Part shown: in pieces, positions 41,750 to 50,595 of the stretch | Numbering within the stretch: the first letter of the stretch is position 1 | Layout: the number at the start of each line of letters is the position of its first letter | From: Sphingomonadales bacterium | GTDB taxonomy: Bacteria; Pseudomonadota; Alphaproteobacteria; Sphingomonadales; Sphingomonadaceae | Length of the DNA stretch: 64,000 bases | NCBI GenBank assembly: GCA_017309275.1 | Contig: JAFKLT010000043.1 | Location: forward strand, 24,572-88,571 | Direction of reading: 5' to 3' | Program-made: the position numbers and the translations under genes | The notes under the pieces: model-generated | What the model saw: only the letters and a program-made list of their open reading frames with translations | Told to the model about the DNA's origin: nothing | Databases searched by the model: none

Positions 41750-43094
41750 GCTCCTTTGCCGTCACCGGAACATAATCGGCGCGGCGATATTCGCGGCCAC
41801 GCTTCACCGTCATTTCGATCCGTTCGATATTGCCGATATCGACCAGCGGGTCCGCCGTCAGCACGACGAAATTCGCAAGCTTGCCTGCCTCGACCGACCC
41901 CATGTCCTTTGCCTGCCCCGCCGCGCGCGCACCCACCAGCGTCGCCGAATGGATCACGGCGAGCGGCGGCATGCCGACGTCCACAGCCAGGTAGCGCAGT
42001 TCTTCATGCACCTCCGGCCACGCGCCGCTCGCCGGATTGACGAAGTCGGTGCCGGTGGAGATCGGAACGCCCGCACGCACCGCCTGCTGCGTCAGGCGGA
42101 TCGTTTGTGCCCCGCTACAGCGCAGCGGCTTCTTGTCGGGATGTGCCTTTCGCTCGGCCTCGAACTTCACGAACAGGCTGCCCGTCGCATCGAGGATCGT
42201 CCCCCGGTCGAGCATCGCGCGATACAGGCGGGCGACGACGGGATCATCGCCCGACGGCGCCAGCAACTCCTCCCGCACGGGCGTCCGATCCTCATAGGCG
42301 GCAAGATTTTGCGGCTGCGCCTGATAACCCAGGTAGCAGACATGGCTGATCGCGTCGGCCCCCGCGGCGATGACATCGAGCGGCTTTGCCGGAAAGACCG
42401 AACTATGCGCCCAGATCATCATATGCTGGCGGTGCGCCTCGGCCGTGATCGCGCGGACGCGTTCGGCGGGCAGATCGGCATAGATCTTGATCGCAGTCGC
42501 CGAGGTGCCGCGCGCCAGCGTGACCGCGCTGCGCAGGTCGGTCGCCTTGTCGATCGCCTGCATCCACGGCGCCGTTCCCGGCTGAAAGCCGCGGCTGACG
42601 GCAAGCACGCGCGGATCCTGGAAAAAGGGCGGCCCCGCCATCAACACGGCATAATAGATGTCGGGCGCCGGGATTTCTCCGACCAGCGACGCGCGCGACA
42701 GATCGCCGACCACGCGCAGATCGTCGGCCATGTCGCGCACGGCGGTGACCCCGCCATAGAGCTGGCGGCGAAGGATCGCCTCCGCTCGCGACCGATTGGG
42801 CGGCGTCGCGAGATGTACGTGGCTGTCGATCAGGCCAGGGATGACATAACGGCCCGTCAGGTCGACGCTGCGCGCGCCGACGGCGCGGTCGCCCAGGCTG
42901 CCCTGCCCGCCAATGGCGAGGATCCGTTCGCCCTCGACCAGAATGTCCTGATGCGGCTGTGCCGGGGCGCCGGTCCCGTCGATGACGGTGGCGTTGCTGT
43001 ACAGGATGGTATCCGCCGCAGCGGCCGGACTGACGAGGGCAACCACGGCCAGCGAAAAAAGCGAAGTGCGAAAGCGCGAACGAAAGCGGGTCAT
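41733..43094 (-). CDS. Exported metal-dependent amidohydrolase
   Basis: Signal peptide, PGLIDSHVHL, GVTAVRD, IKIY, WAH, HVC, STGTD, GSVEAGKLANFVVL. Confidence 0.9.
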   Translation of the reverse strand: MTRFRSRFRTSLFSLAVVALVSPAAAADTILYSNATVIDGTGAPAQPHQDILVEGERILAIGGQGSLGDRAVGARSVDLTGRYVIPGLIDSHVHLATPPNRSRAEAILRRQLYGGVTAVRDMADDLRVVGDLSRASLVGEIPAPDIYYAVLMAGPPFFQDPRVLAVSRGFQPGTAPWMQAIDKATDLRSAVTLARGTSATAIKIYADLPAERVRAITAEAHRQHMMIWAHSSVFPAKPLDVIAAGADAISHVCYLGYQAQPQNLAAYEDRTPVREELLAPSGDDPVVARLYRAMLDRGTILDATGSLFVKFEAERKAHPDKKPLRCSGAQTIRLTQQAVRAGVPISTGTDFVNPASGAWPEVHEELRYLAVDVGMPPLAVIHSATLVGARAAGQAKDMGSVEAGKLANFVVLTADPLVDIGNIERIEMTVKRGREYRRADYVPVTAKELGDDD

Positions 43095-43144
43095 GGATAT
43101 TGGCTAACCGCCCGCTCCCATTCCCGCAACCGCAAGCTGGCGGC

Positions 43145-43432
43145 CTATCTGTTCGTCGATCGGCGCGCCTGCCGCGCCTCTTCGCAATATTGGCCGCTCT
43201 CCCGGCAAGCCGCCTCCAGCGCCTGGATCGACTTTTCCCACTGGTCCTGGACATAGGGGTCTTTGGAGATCGATGGCGAATATATGTCGCGCATCCTCGC
43301 GTCGCCCAGATTGGCGGTCGAGGACGGCCCGCTCCCGCCCGTCGCGATCGCCATCAGCACCACGACGAACAAGGCCGCGCCGGACAGCAGCCCCAACAAC
43401 GCAAAGACGATCCAGCGGTGGCGTTTCAGCAT
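43145..43432 (-). CDS. Small bitopic membrane protein (95 aa) with C-x6-C motif
   Basis: MLKRHRWIVFALLGLLSGAALFVVVLMAIA...ACRESGQYCEEARQAR; GAGAGG RBS. Confidence 0.7.
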   Translation of the reverse strand: MLKRHRWIVFALLGLLSGAALFVVVLMAIATGGSGPSSTANLGDARMRDIYSPSISKDPYVQDQWEKSIQALEAACRESGQYCEEARQARRSTNR

Positions 43433-43702
43433 GAAATGGCGGCCTCTCATCCCGTTGATGGCCGGACGAGCGGCGGTGGTCCAGCCCCTTTCCGTCGGCC
43501 GCCGGGATGTGCCCGATATCGGGCGGACTAGGCCGATGACGGGCACCTCCCCCTATGGCGTACCCCTCAAGACTATGTGGCGCCGACGGGCCTTCCGTTA
43601 TTCCCGCCAAGCGGGCATGGAACGGCAAAGAAGGCGACGCAAATCCCGGTTGCCGCGCATGTCGGCCATGGAGCGACGCCTCGGAATCACGGGGGGCTGC
43701 CG

Positions 43703-44809
43703 ATGAACAAGCCAATGACATTGGGCTCGATACCGAAGCCCGCATTCGGAACCCCGGCGCCCTGGTTCAAAGCGCCCGTGCTGGGCGGCAATCCCCAATT
43801 CACCTTCCACACCGTTGCGGGGCGCGCGGTCATCCTGATGTTCATGGAATCCGCCGCCGATCCGTCGGCGAAGGCTGCGCTCGACCTGTTCATGGCCGCC
43901 GCCGATCGCTTCGACGATTTCCACTGCTGTTTCTTCGGCATCAGTGGCGACCCCGACGACGCGGCGACCGGACGCGTCAAAACCCGCATTCCCGGCATCC
44001 GTTTCCTGATCGACGAGGAACGATCGATCAGCACGCCATTCGGTGCGGCTGGCGAAGACTCGCCCGGTTATGAACCCTATATATTGGTTCTCGACCGCCA
44101 GTTGCGCGTGGCGGGTCGATATTCCTTGGCGCGCGCCGCAGATGCGCTGGCGCTAGCCGATCGCCTGATCGACGAGGTGGCGGCCGGCGACTGGGCCCCC
44201 GTGCTGCTGGTGCCGCGCGTGCTCGATCGATCGACCTGCGCACGGCTGATCCGGCTCTATGACGAAGACGGCGGCGAGGATTCGGGCTTCATGCGCGAAA
44301 TCGACGGCAAGACCGTTTCGGTCATCGACCATTCGTACAAGCGCCGATCGGACCTGGCGATCAAGGACGAGGCGCTTTGCGGATTGCTCAACGCGCGCGT
44401 CCATCACTGCCTGCGGCCCGCCATCAAAAAGGCCTTCAGCTTTGATGCATCCCGCATGGAGCGTTATATTGTGGCCTGTTACGACGCCACTATCGGCGGC
44501 CATTTTCGCCCGCATCGCGACAATACGACGAAGGGCACCGCCCATCGGCGCTTTGCCGTGACGATCAACCTCAACGAGGATTTCGACGGCGGCGAGCTGC
44601 GCTTTCCCGAATTCGGAAACCGCACCTATCGCGCGCCGCCGGGGGGCGCGATCGTCTTTGGCTGCGGCCTGCTGCACGAAGCGACGCCGATCACGCGGGG
44701 GCGGCGTTATGCGTTTCTTCCCTTTCTCTACGACGATGCCGCCGCCGCCGAGCGGGTAGAAAACAATGCTTTTCTGGGCGAGGGTATTCAGCCGTATCAA
44801 TTTGGCTGA
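43703..44809 (+). CDS. Redoxin-like domain fused to a 2OG-Fe(II) oxygenase
   Basis: N-terminal AhpC/TSA-like fold (PAPWF...GRAVILMF...YILVLDRQLRV); C-terminal FRPHRDN, INLN, GGELRFPE, LLHEATP, RY (HxD...H...R). Confidence 0.85.
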   Translation: MNKPMTLGSIPKPAFGTPAPWFKAPVLGGNPQFTFHTVAGRAVILMFMESAADPSAKAALDLFMAAADRFDDFHCCFFGISGDPDDAATGRVKTRIPGIRFLIDEERSISTPFGAAGEDSPGYEPYILVLDRQLRVAGRYSLARAADALALADRLIDEVAAGDWAPVLLVPRVLDRSTCARLIRLYDEDGGEDSGFMREIDGKTVSVIDHSYKRRSDLAIKDEALCGLLNARVHHCLRPAIKKAFSFDASRMERYIVACYDATIGGHFRPHRDNTTKGTAHRRFAVTINLNEDFDGGELRFPEFGNRTYRAPPGGAIVFGCGLLHEATPITRGRRYAFLPFLYDDAAAAERVENNAFLGEGIQPYQFG

Positions 44810-44836
44810 AACCGGCCGGTCGGCTTTTCGGACCGC

Positions 44837-45289
44837 CTAGAGTTCAATCGATATCTTCACATTCTGCGACTTGATGCCCGCAAGCGCCGCGATCGCCAGG
44901 CGCGCGGCATGGATCATGATGCTCAGACGCTGCGGGTTCGCAAGCCCATCGGGAATCTCGTTATTCTGCCACACCTCGGGCCCGATCATCTCCTGGTCGA
45001 AGCGATAGGCGGCGGTGTCGCTTCGGCCGACCAGGTCGATCTCCGCGATCCCCAGCGCGTTCGCGAGCATCTGTAGATTGCTTTGGCGCGGCTGTGTCCG
45101 TCCCGATTCCCACGCCCAGATCGTCGGCCGACTGAGCCCGGTTCGTTCGGCGAGTTCGGACCGGCTCATGCCGCATTCCTCGCGAAGGCGGCGGAGGCGC
45201 GCCGGCAACGGCTCGCCGATCTCGATACCGATCTGACTTGCGGAAGCGCTCACGCCGAACCGTCCCAACCGCGACCTGCGGCAGCGCAT
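44837..45289 (-). CDS. XRE-family HTH transcriptional regulator
   Basis: LRRLREECGMSRSELAERTGLSRPTIWAWESGRTQP HTH; C-terminal IAALAGIKSQNVKISIEL. The true start may be GTG at 45253. Confidence 0.88.
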   Translation of the reverse strand: MRCRRSRLGRFGVSASASQIGIEIGEPLPARLRRLREECGMSRSELAERTGLSRPTIWAWESGRTQPRQSNLQMLANALGIAEIDLVGRSDTAAYRFDQEMIGPEVWQNNEIPDGLANPQRLSIMIHAARLAIAALAGIKSQNVKISIEL

Positions 45290-45336
45290 GCCTTTTCAAC
45301 GACATTGACACCCATGGACGCCCCCTAAAGCAACGC

Positions 45337-45396
45337 GCCATCCCCGATCTGCTATGCTGGAAATTGAAATTTCCCGTCATTCCCTGTTGGGGACAT
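45337..45396 (-). promoter_or_regulatory. Conserved ~60-bp element, copy A
   Basis: Minus strand ATGTCCCCAACAGGGAATGACGGGAAATTTCAATTTCCAGCATAGCAGATCGGGGATGGC; about 46/61 identical to 56286-56346 by manual alignment. Confidence 0.75.
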
Positions 45397-45478
45397 ATGG
45401 AAAACGCTGTGTCAAAATCGGCCGATCTTCTTTGAACAGAGGCGACCCGCAGACCCTCCGGCCCCCGAACATCAATGT

Positions 45479-47377
45479 TTAGAATGCCGTACCGAAGGTG
45501 ATCGAGAACGCCTTCGAACGATCGCCTGCCTGACGCACGACCGGCTGCGCAATGTTGAAGCGAAGCTTGCCCGGCGCGAGGTTGAACGACAGGCCGAAGC
45601 CGACCGCAACGCGCGGCTTTGCCGAATTGCCGATCAGCACTTCACCCGGCCCCAGTTCGGATCGCCGCGTGCCGAAAACCGACCCGGCATCGACGAATAT
45701 GCTCGGTGTTACCCCAAACTTATCCAGAGCGCCGTCCAGGCGCATCGACAGCTCGATCCGCCCGACATAGTAAGCGCTGCCGCCGATCGCGGTTGCCTGC
45801 CCCGGACCGGCGTTGACGGGGATCACCTTTGGTCCCAGGCCGCGAAGGTCGAAGCCGCGCATGCTGTTGCCGCCGATATAGAAACGGTCGAACAGCGGGA
45901 TATCGCGGCCGCCGAAGCCCTTCATATAGCCGCCCTCCAGCCCCAGCGAGACATCGAGGTTGCCGCTGAGGCGGCGCTGAAAAGTGCCCCCCGCGCGGAT
46001 CCGGACATAACGCGTCGTGCCCCCCGGACCGGCGATATCCTGCGTGACGCGGAGCTGGAAACCGCGCGTCGGATCAGTCGCGCTGTCGCGCCGGTCGAGG
46101 CTGAGCGCGACGCTGAAGACCGAACTGGTCGACGGGCCAAGCGCGTCGCAGAAGGGCGTGCCGTGAATGCCGACGTCGCAGAGAGCGTTCTTCCGGCGGA
46201 TGCGAAAGTCCTCGTCGGAAAAGCGGTAGTTGGCGGCGACGCGAAACCCGCGGTCGAGCTGCCGCCCGACATAGAAGTTGATGCCGCGCGCCGACTGGAC
46301 GAACAGCGAGGCGCTGTCGGCCCTGTCGAAACCGACCGCGGTCGAGCGCGAATAAAAGAAGGTGGGCGCCACGGCGAACTTGCTGCCCAGCAGATTGCCG
46401 TCGACCGCGCCGAGCTCGACGAGCGTCTGGACCTTTGAATAGCGCGCCGACACGCTGATGTCGCGGCCCGGCGCGCCGATGTTCGTGCGCGACAGCTTGA
46501 TCGACGCGATCGGTCCCTCGATCGACGAATAACCGCCCGACAGCGCCAGCCCGCCGCGCGACAGCGTCTGGAGCGACAGGAGATCGCCCTCGCGCGCCGC
46601 GCCGTCGGTCGCGGTGCTGTCGGCGGCAACGTCCATGTCGCGGCTCGGAACACCGCTGGCCGGATCGTCGTCGTCACGATCGGGGGCTGTCGACATCGGC
46701 TCGCCGGCGGCGTGCGGAGCCTGGCCGTCGAGCGCCGCAGCGGGGGCAAAGGCGTGCCGCGATCCCATGTCGGCGAGCGCGATCGCCGCCTGCCGCTTCG
46801 GGCCCGGATCGCCGAGCCAGGGCGCCGCGGCGGCTTCTCCGCCAAAGATTTGCGCCGTCGAGGGGGGTGCGTGGGCCGCAGGGTCCGACAGCGGGGCCGC
46901 ATCGAGGAACGGCGACGTATCGGCGGCAGGCACCAGCGTGTCGGCCAACAACGGCAGCGCCGATGCCGAAGGTGCATAGTCCGGCGCCCCGCCCGGCAAG
47001 GCCGGAGCATCGGCCAACACCGGCGCCAGCATCCCCACATAAGGAGGCTCCGTCCCCGCCATTTCGTCGAGCACCAAAGGTGGCCCCACCGCGTCCGCTT
47101 TGTCGATCAGGGGCCGCGTCGACGACGTCGGGGGGAACGCATGCTTTCGGGTACGCCGCGCGGCAACAGCCGGCAGCACGACGTCAAGCGGCACGTCGAA
47201 CGCACGATTGGAGGGGTAGGAAGCGATCGGCCCATAGCGCGTGTACGGGGGAAATATCGCCGGGCCGGGTACACCGGCCGATCCGGTACCGCCGATCCCG
47301 ATGGTGACCGCCACCCCCAGCGCAGTCCCCTGCACCGCCTGGTGGATGCCCTGGCAAAGTAATCCGTATCCGGACAA
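45479..47377 (-). CDS. BamA-like Omp85 beta-barrel lacking POTRA domains, with a long Pro/Ala/Asp-rich N-terminal region
   Basis: TTG start with a strong RBS; barrel motifs GLALSGGYSS, DPTRG, SMRGFDLRGLGP, IFVDAGSVFG, terminal FSITFGTAF align with bamA in this window. Confidence 0.85.
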   Translation of the reverse strand: MSGYGLLCQGIHQAVQGTALGVAVTIGIGGTGSAGVPGPAIFPPYTRYGPIASYPSNRAFDVPLDVVLPAVAARRTRKHAFPPTSSTRPLIDKADAVGPPLVLDEMAGTEPPYVGMLAPVLADAPALPGGAPDYAPSASALPLLADTLVPAADTSPFLDAAPLSDPAAHAPPSTAQIFGGEAAAAPWLGDPGPKRQAAIALADMGSRHAFAPAAALDGQAPHAAGEPMSTAPDRDDDDPASGVPSRDMDVAADSTATDGAAREGDLLSLQTLSRGGLALSGGYSSIEGPIASIKLSRTNIGAPGRDISVSARYSKVQTLVELGAVDGNLLGSKFAVAPTFFYSRSTAVGFDRADSASLFVQSARGINFYVGRQLDRGFRVAANYRFSDEDFRIRRKNALCDVGIHGTPFCDALGPSTSSVFSVALSLDRRDSATDPTRGFQLRVTQDIAGPGGTTRYVRIRAGGTFQRRLSGNLDVSLGLEGGYMKGFGGRDIPLFDRFYIGGNSMRGFDLRGLGPKVIPVNAGPGQATAIGGSAYYVGRIELSMRLDGALDKFGVTPSIFVDAGSVFGTRRSELGPGEVLIGNSAKPRVAVGFGLSFNLAPGKLRFNIAQPVVRQAGDRSKAFSITFGTAF

Positions 47378-47442
47378 CTTCCTTCCCCCTCTTCCGGAGC
47401 GCTAGGCCCCGGCCCACACCTCAGCTCGAAGCCGCCTTGGGG

Positions 47443-48801
47443 TCATGATTCCCGGAAGGATCGGTTGAAACTGTCGATCATCGGCTGGAACAGATATTGG
47501 ATCAGCGAATTCGACCCGAGGTTGATGTAAACCTCGGCCGGCATGCCCGACATCAACCGCACGCCGGGATAACGCTTCAATTGCTCGGGAGCGATTTGGA
47601 CGATCACCTTGTAGTATATCTGCTGGCTGTCCTTGTCGAAGATCGCATCGGGGCTGACCTCCTTCACCGTTCCGAGAAGGTTCGGGATCACGCGCGCCTT
47701 ATAGGGCGTCAGCTTGATTTCGGCCTTCAGGCCCGAATGGACCATGTCGATGTCGTTGGGACGCAGCCGCGCCGCGACCACGATCCCTTCGGACGAGGGC
47801 ACGATGTCCAATATCGGTTGCCCGGCCCCGACGACCCCGCCCGGGGTAATCAGCCGCAGATTGGCGACGCGCCCCTCGATCGGCGCCACGATCTGCTGGC
47901 GGGTGCGGACGTCGGCGCTGACCTTCAGCTTTTCCCTTGCCTCGGCGATCCGGAGCTGAACCTCGCGCTGCTGCGACGTCGCCTCCAGCGCCACCTGACC
48001 GCGCAGCGACACCATCTGGGCCCGCGTTTCGCCGATGGTGTCGCGAAGGCGATCGAGGTTGTTGGTCAGCTTGCCCTGCTCGCCCTCAACGAGCGCTTGC
48101 TGCCGCTGCAGCGCGAGCAGGCGCGACTTGCGCTCCAATCCCTCGTCCACCAGCATGTTCACGCCCATTTCCTCGTCGTTCAGCAGCTTGGCCTGGTCGG
48201 AAAGCGCGGCGATCTGCGCGTCGGAACTGCGTATATCTGCGTGCGACTGCCCGATCCGTTGCGTGAGGACCGCCGTCTGTTCCGAAAGCCCGCGCTGCCG
48301 CGACAGGAATTCGGCGTTGGACGCCGCGATGATCTCCTTGACCTCGGGGTCGCTCGCGACCGCGAGCAGTTCGGCCGGGTAGCGGATCGTCCGCAGCCCC
48401 AGCCGCTCGGCGGTCAGCCGCGCGTCCTGCGCCAGCAGGCCGTAAAGCGTCGAGCGCAGCGCGGCATCGGACGCGTCGGTCTGGGTGTCGTCGAGCTCGA
48501 CGAGCGGCTGGCCGGCGCGCACGAACTGCCCCTCCTCGACCAGGAAGCGACGAACGATCCCGCCCTCCAGATGCTGCACCGTCCGCCGCCCGCCACCCGC
48601 CGCCTCCAGATAGCCGGGCGCGATCGCGGCGCTGTTGAGCGGCGCGGCCCAGGCCCAGATCCCGAAGGCGATGACGAACAGGCCGATCGAGATCAGCGCC
48701 ATGCGGAGCGACCCGCGGACCCGGGGGCCCGGCGCGTGGCCGGCGAGCGCAGGCAGCGCGAGCGGCGCCGGATCGCGGCTCAGACTAAGCGGAACATTCA
48801 T
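47443..48801 (-). CDS. Type I secretion membrane fusion protein (HlyD/PrtE family)
   Basis: TM helix, WAWAAPLNSAAIAPG, TVQHLEGGIV, IVAPIEGRV, GVVGAGQPILDIVP, LMSGMPAEV; ATG overlaps the ABC gene stop. Confidence 0.95.
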   Translation of the reverse strand: MNVPLSLSRDPAPLALPALAGHAPGPRVRGSLRMALISIGLFVIAFGIWAWAAPLNSAAIAPGYLEAAGGGRRTVQHLEGGIVRRFLVEEGQFVRAGQPLVELDDTQTDASDAALRSTLYGLLAQDARLTAERLGLRTIRYPAELLAVASDPEVKEIIAASNAEFLSRQRGLSEQTAVLTQRIGQSHADIRSSDAQIAALSDQAKLLNDEEMGVNMLVDEGLERKSRLLALQRQQALVEGEQGKLTNNLDRLRDTIGETRAQMVSLRGQVALEATSQQREVQLRIAEAREKLKVSADVRTRQQIVAPIEGRVANLRLITPGGVVGAGQPILDIVPSSEGIVVAARLRPNDIDMVHSGLKAEIKLTPYKARVIPNLLGTVKEVSPDAIFDKDSQQIYYKVIVQIAPEQLKRYPGVRLMSGMPAEVYINLGSNSLIQYLFQPMIDSFNRSFRES

Positions 48802-50594
48802 GCCCCCGCTCCCTTCTGGTTGAACATGACCGGGTTGGTCTTTGCAGGGTCGCCGTGCGGTGCACCCTCGCCAGGCGCGATTACCCGCCGACTGCCGCTC
48901 ATCTCGGCAATCACGTTTCGGGCATCGCCGAATTTGGCCGCCTGTCCATCCACCATCAGCAGGATCTTGTCGGCCAGTTCGAGCAGGTTCGACCGATGCG
49001 ACACGATGATCGTCGTCATGTTCAGCGCCTTGAGCTTCTTGATCGTCGCCAACAGCGCCGCGTCGCCACGCGCGTCGAGGCTTGCATTGGGTTCGTCGAG
49101 CACGACCAGCGGCGGCAGTCCGTACAGCGCGCGCGCCAGCCCGACCCTCTGTCGCTGTCCCCCGGACAGTTGATGCCCGCCGTCGGTCAGAACGCAATCA
49201 TAGCCGCCGTCGAGGCGCAGGATCATGTCGTGGCAATCGGCCAGCTTGGCCGCCGCGATGATGTCCGCATCCCTTGCGTCGGGCCGAAATCGCCCGATGT
49301 TTTCGCGGATGGATCCCGGCAAAAGCTCGACGTCCTGCGGCAGATAGCCGACGTTGGGGCCGAAATCGCTGCGCATCCAATCGAAGGTATCGGCGCCGTC
49401 GAGCCGGACATGACCCGAACTCGGCTTCAGCACGCCGACCAGCAGGCGCGACAGGGTCGTCTTTCCCGACGCCGACGGCCCGACGATCGCGAGCATCTTG
49501 CCCGCGTCGATCGCGAAGGTGACATTCTTCAGGATCGCGCCCTTCACCCCCGGCGCAAAAAAGGTCAGCCCCTGGATCGCCATGGCGCCCGACGGCTTCG
49601 GCAGCGACATCTGCGACGGGCGCGCGACCGGCAGGTCGCAGAAGCGCGACAGGCGGCGCAGGCTTTCGCGCGCAAGCACGAACTGTTTCCAATAGCTCAT
49701 CGCCGCTTCGATCGGTGCGAGCAGCCGCGCGATGAGGATCGATCCGGCGATCATCGCGCCGCCGGTCAATTGCTGATCGAGAATGAGCAGCGCGCCGACG
49801 CCCAGCAATATGACCTGCACCAGGTTGCGGACGAACTTCATCCAGGCAAGCACCCGGCTCGACTGGAACTGCGTGCGATCCACGGACTCGGTCTCGGCAT
49901 AATAGCGTTCGGCCCAATGCCCGACCGTATCCTTGGCCATGCCCATCGCATCGATGACTTCGCTGTTGCGGACGAGCGACTCCGCATATTGCATGTTGCT
50001 GGCCGCCAGCTTCTGCGTCTCGCTGATCGCGCTGCGCGTGATCCGCTCATTGTACCAGGTGAGGCCGAACAGCACGACGGCGCCGACGAACGAGATCAGG
50101 CCGAAAATGGGATGCAAAAGGAAGACGACCACCAGGTAGAGCGGCACCCACAGCATGTCGACGACGCTGAAAACGGTGGGCGTCGATATGAAATTCTTGA
50201 CCTGCGCCAGCTCGCGCAGGGCTTCCAGTCGCGTTCCCGGTGTGATCAGCCTTTGCTCGAGCGAACGGATGAGCAGCGTCGGAGCGAGCCGCTGCGCCAT
50301 CCATGTGCCGACGCGGTTCGCCGCCTGTTGCCGCACACCGTCGAGGATCGCGCCAAGTCCGATGGCCAGCGAGATCGCGACCATCAGAAAGAACAGCGTA
50401 TCCTTGCTCTGGCTGGTCAGAACGCGGTCGAAAATCTGCATCATGTATAGCGACATGGCGAGAGCGGCCATGTTGGTGATCATCGAGAAGAGAATGAGCT
50501 GCGCGGCTATGCGGCGCTGCGGCCACAATATTTCCTTGAGCGGATTGGGTCCCTTTGCCGCTGCGCGCGGTTCGACCAGGGCGTTTGCCGCCAT
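48798..50594 (-). CDS. Type I secretion ABC transporter (PrtD/AprD/RsaD type, no C39-like domain)
   Basis: LYMMQIFDRVLTSQS, DMLWVPLY, GPSASGKTT (Walker A), GYLPQDVEL, LSGGQRQRVGLARA, LVVLDEPNASLD. Confidence 0.95.
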   Translation of the reverse strand: MAANALVEPRAAAKGPNPLKEILWPQRRIAAQLILFSMITNMAALAMSLYMMQIFDRVLTSQSKDTLFFLMVAISLAIGLGAILDGVRQQAANRVGTWMAQRLAPTLLIRSLEQRLITPGTRLEALRELAQVKNFISTPTVFSVVDMLWVPLYLVVVFLLHPIFGLISFVGAVVLFGLTWYNERITRSAISETQKLAASNMQYAESLVRNSEVIDAMGMAKDTVGHWAERYYAETESVDRTQFQSSRVLAWMKFVRNLVQVILLGVGALLILDQQLTGGAMIAGSILIARLLAPIEAAMSYWKQFVLARESLRRLSRFCDLPVARPSQMSLPKPSGAMAIQGLTFFAPGVKGAILKNVTFAIDAGKMLAIVGPSASGKTTLSRLLVGVLKPSSGHVRLDGADTFDWMRSDFGPNVGYLPQDVELLPGSIRENIGRFRPDARDADIIAAAKLADCHDMILRLDGGYDCVLTDGGHQLSGGQRQRVGLARALYGLPPLVVLDEPNASLDARGDAALLATIKKLKALNMTTIIVSHRSNLLELADKILLMVDGQAAKFGDARNVIAEMSGSRRVIAPGEGAPHGDPAKTNPVMFNQKGAGA

Positions 50595-50595
50595 C

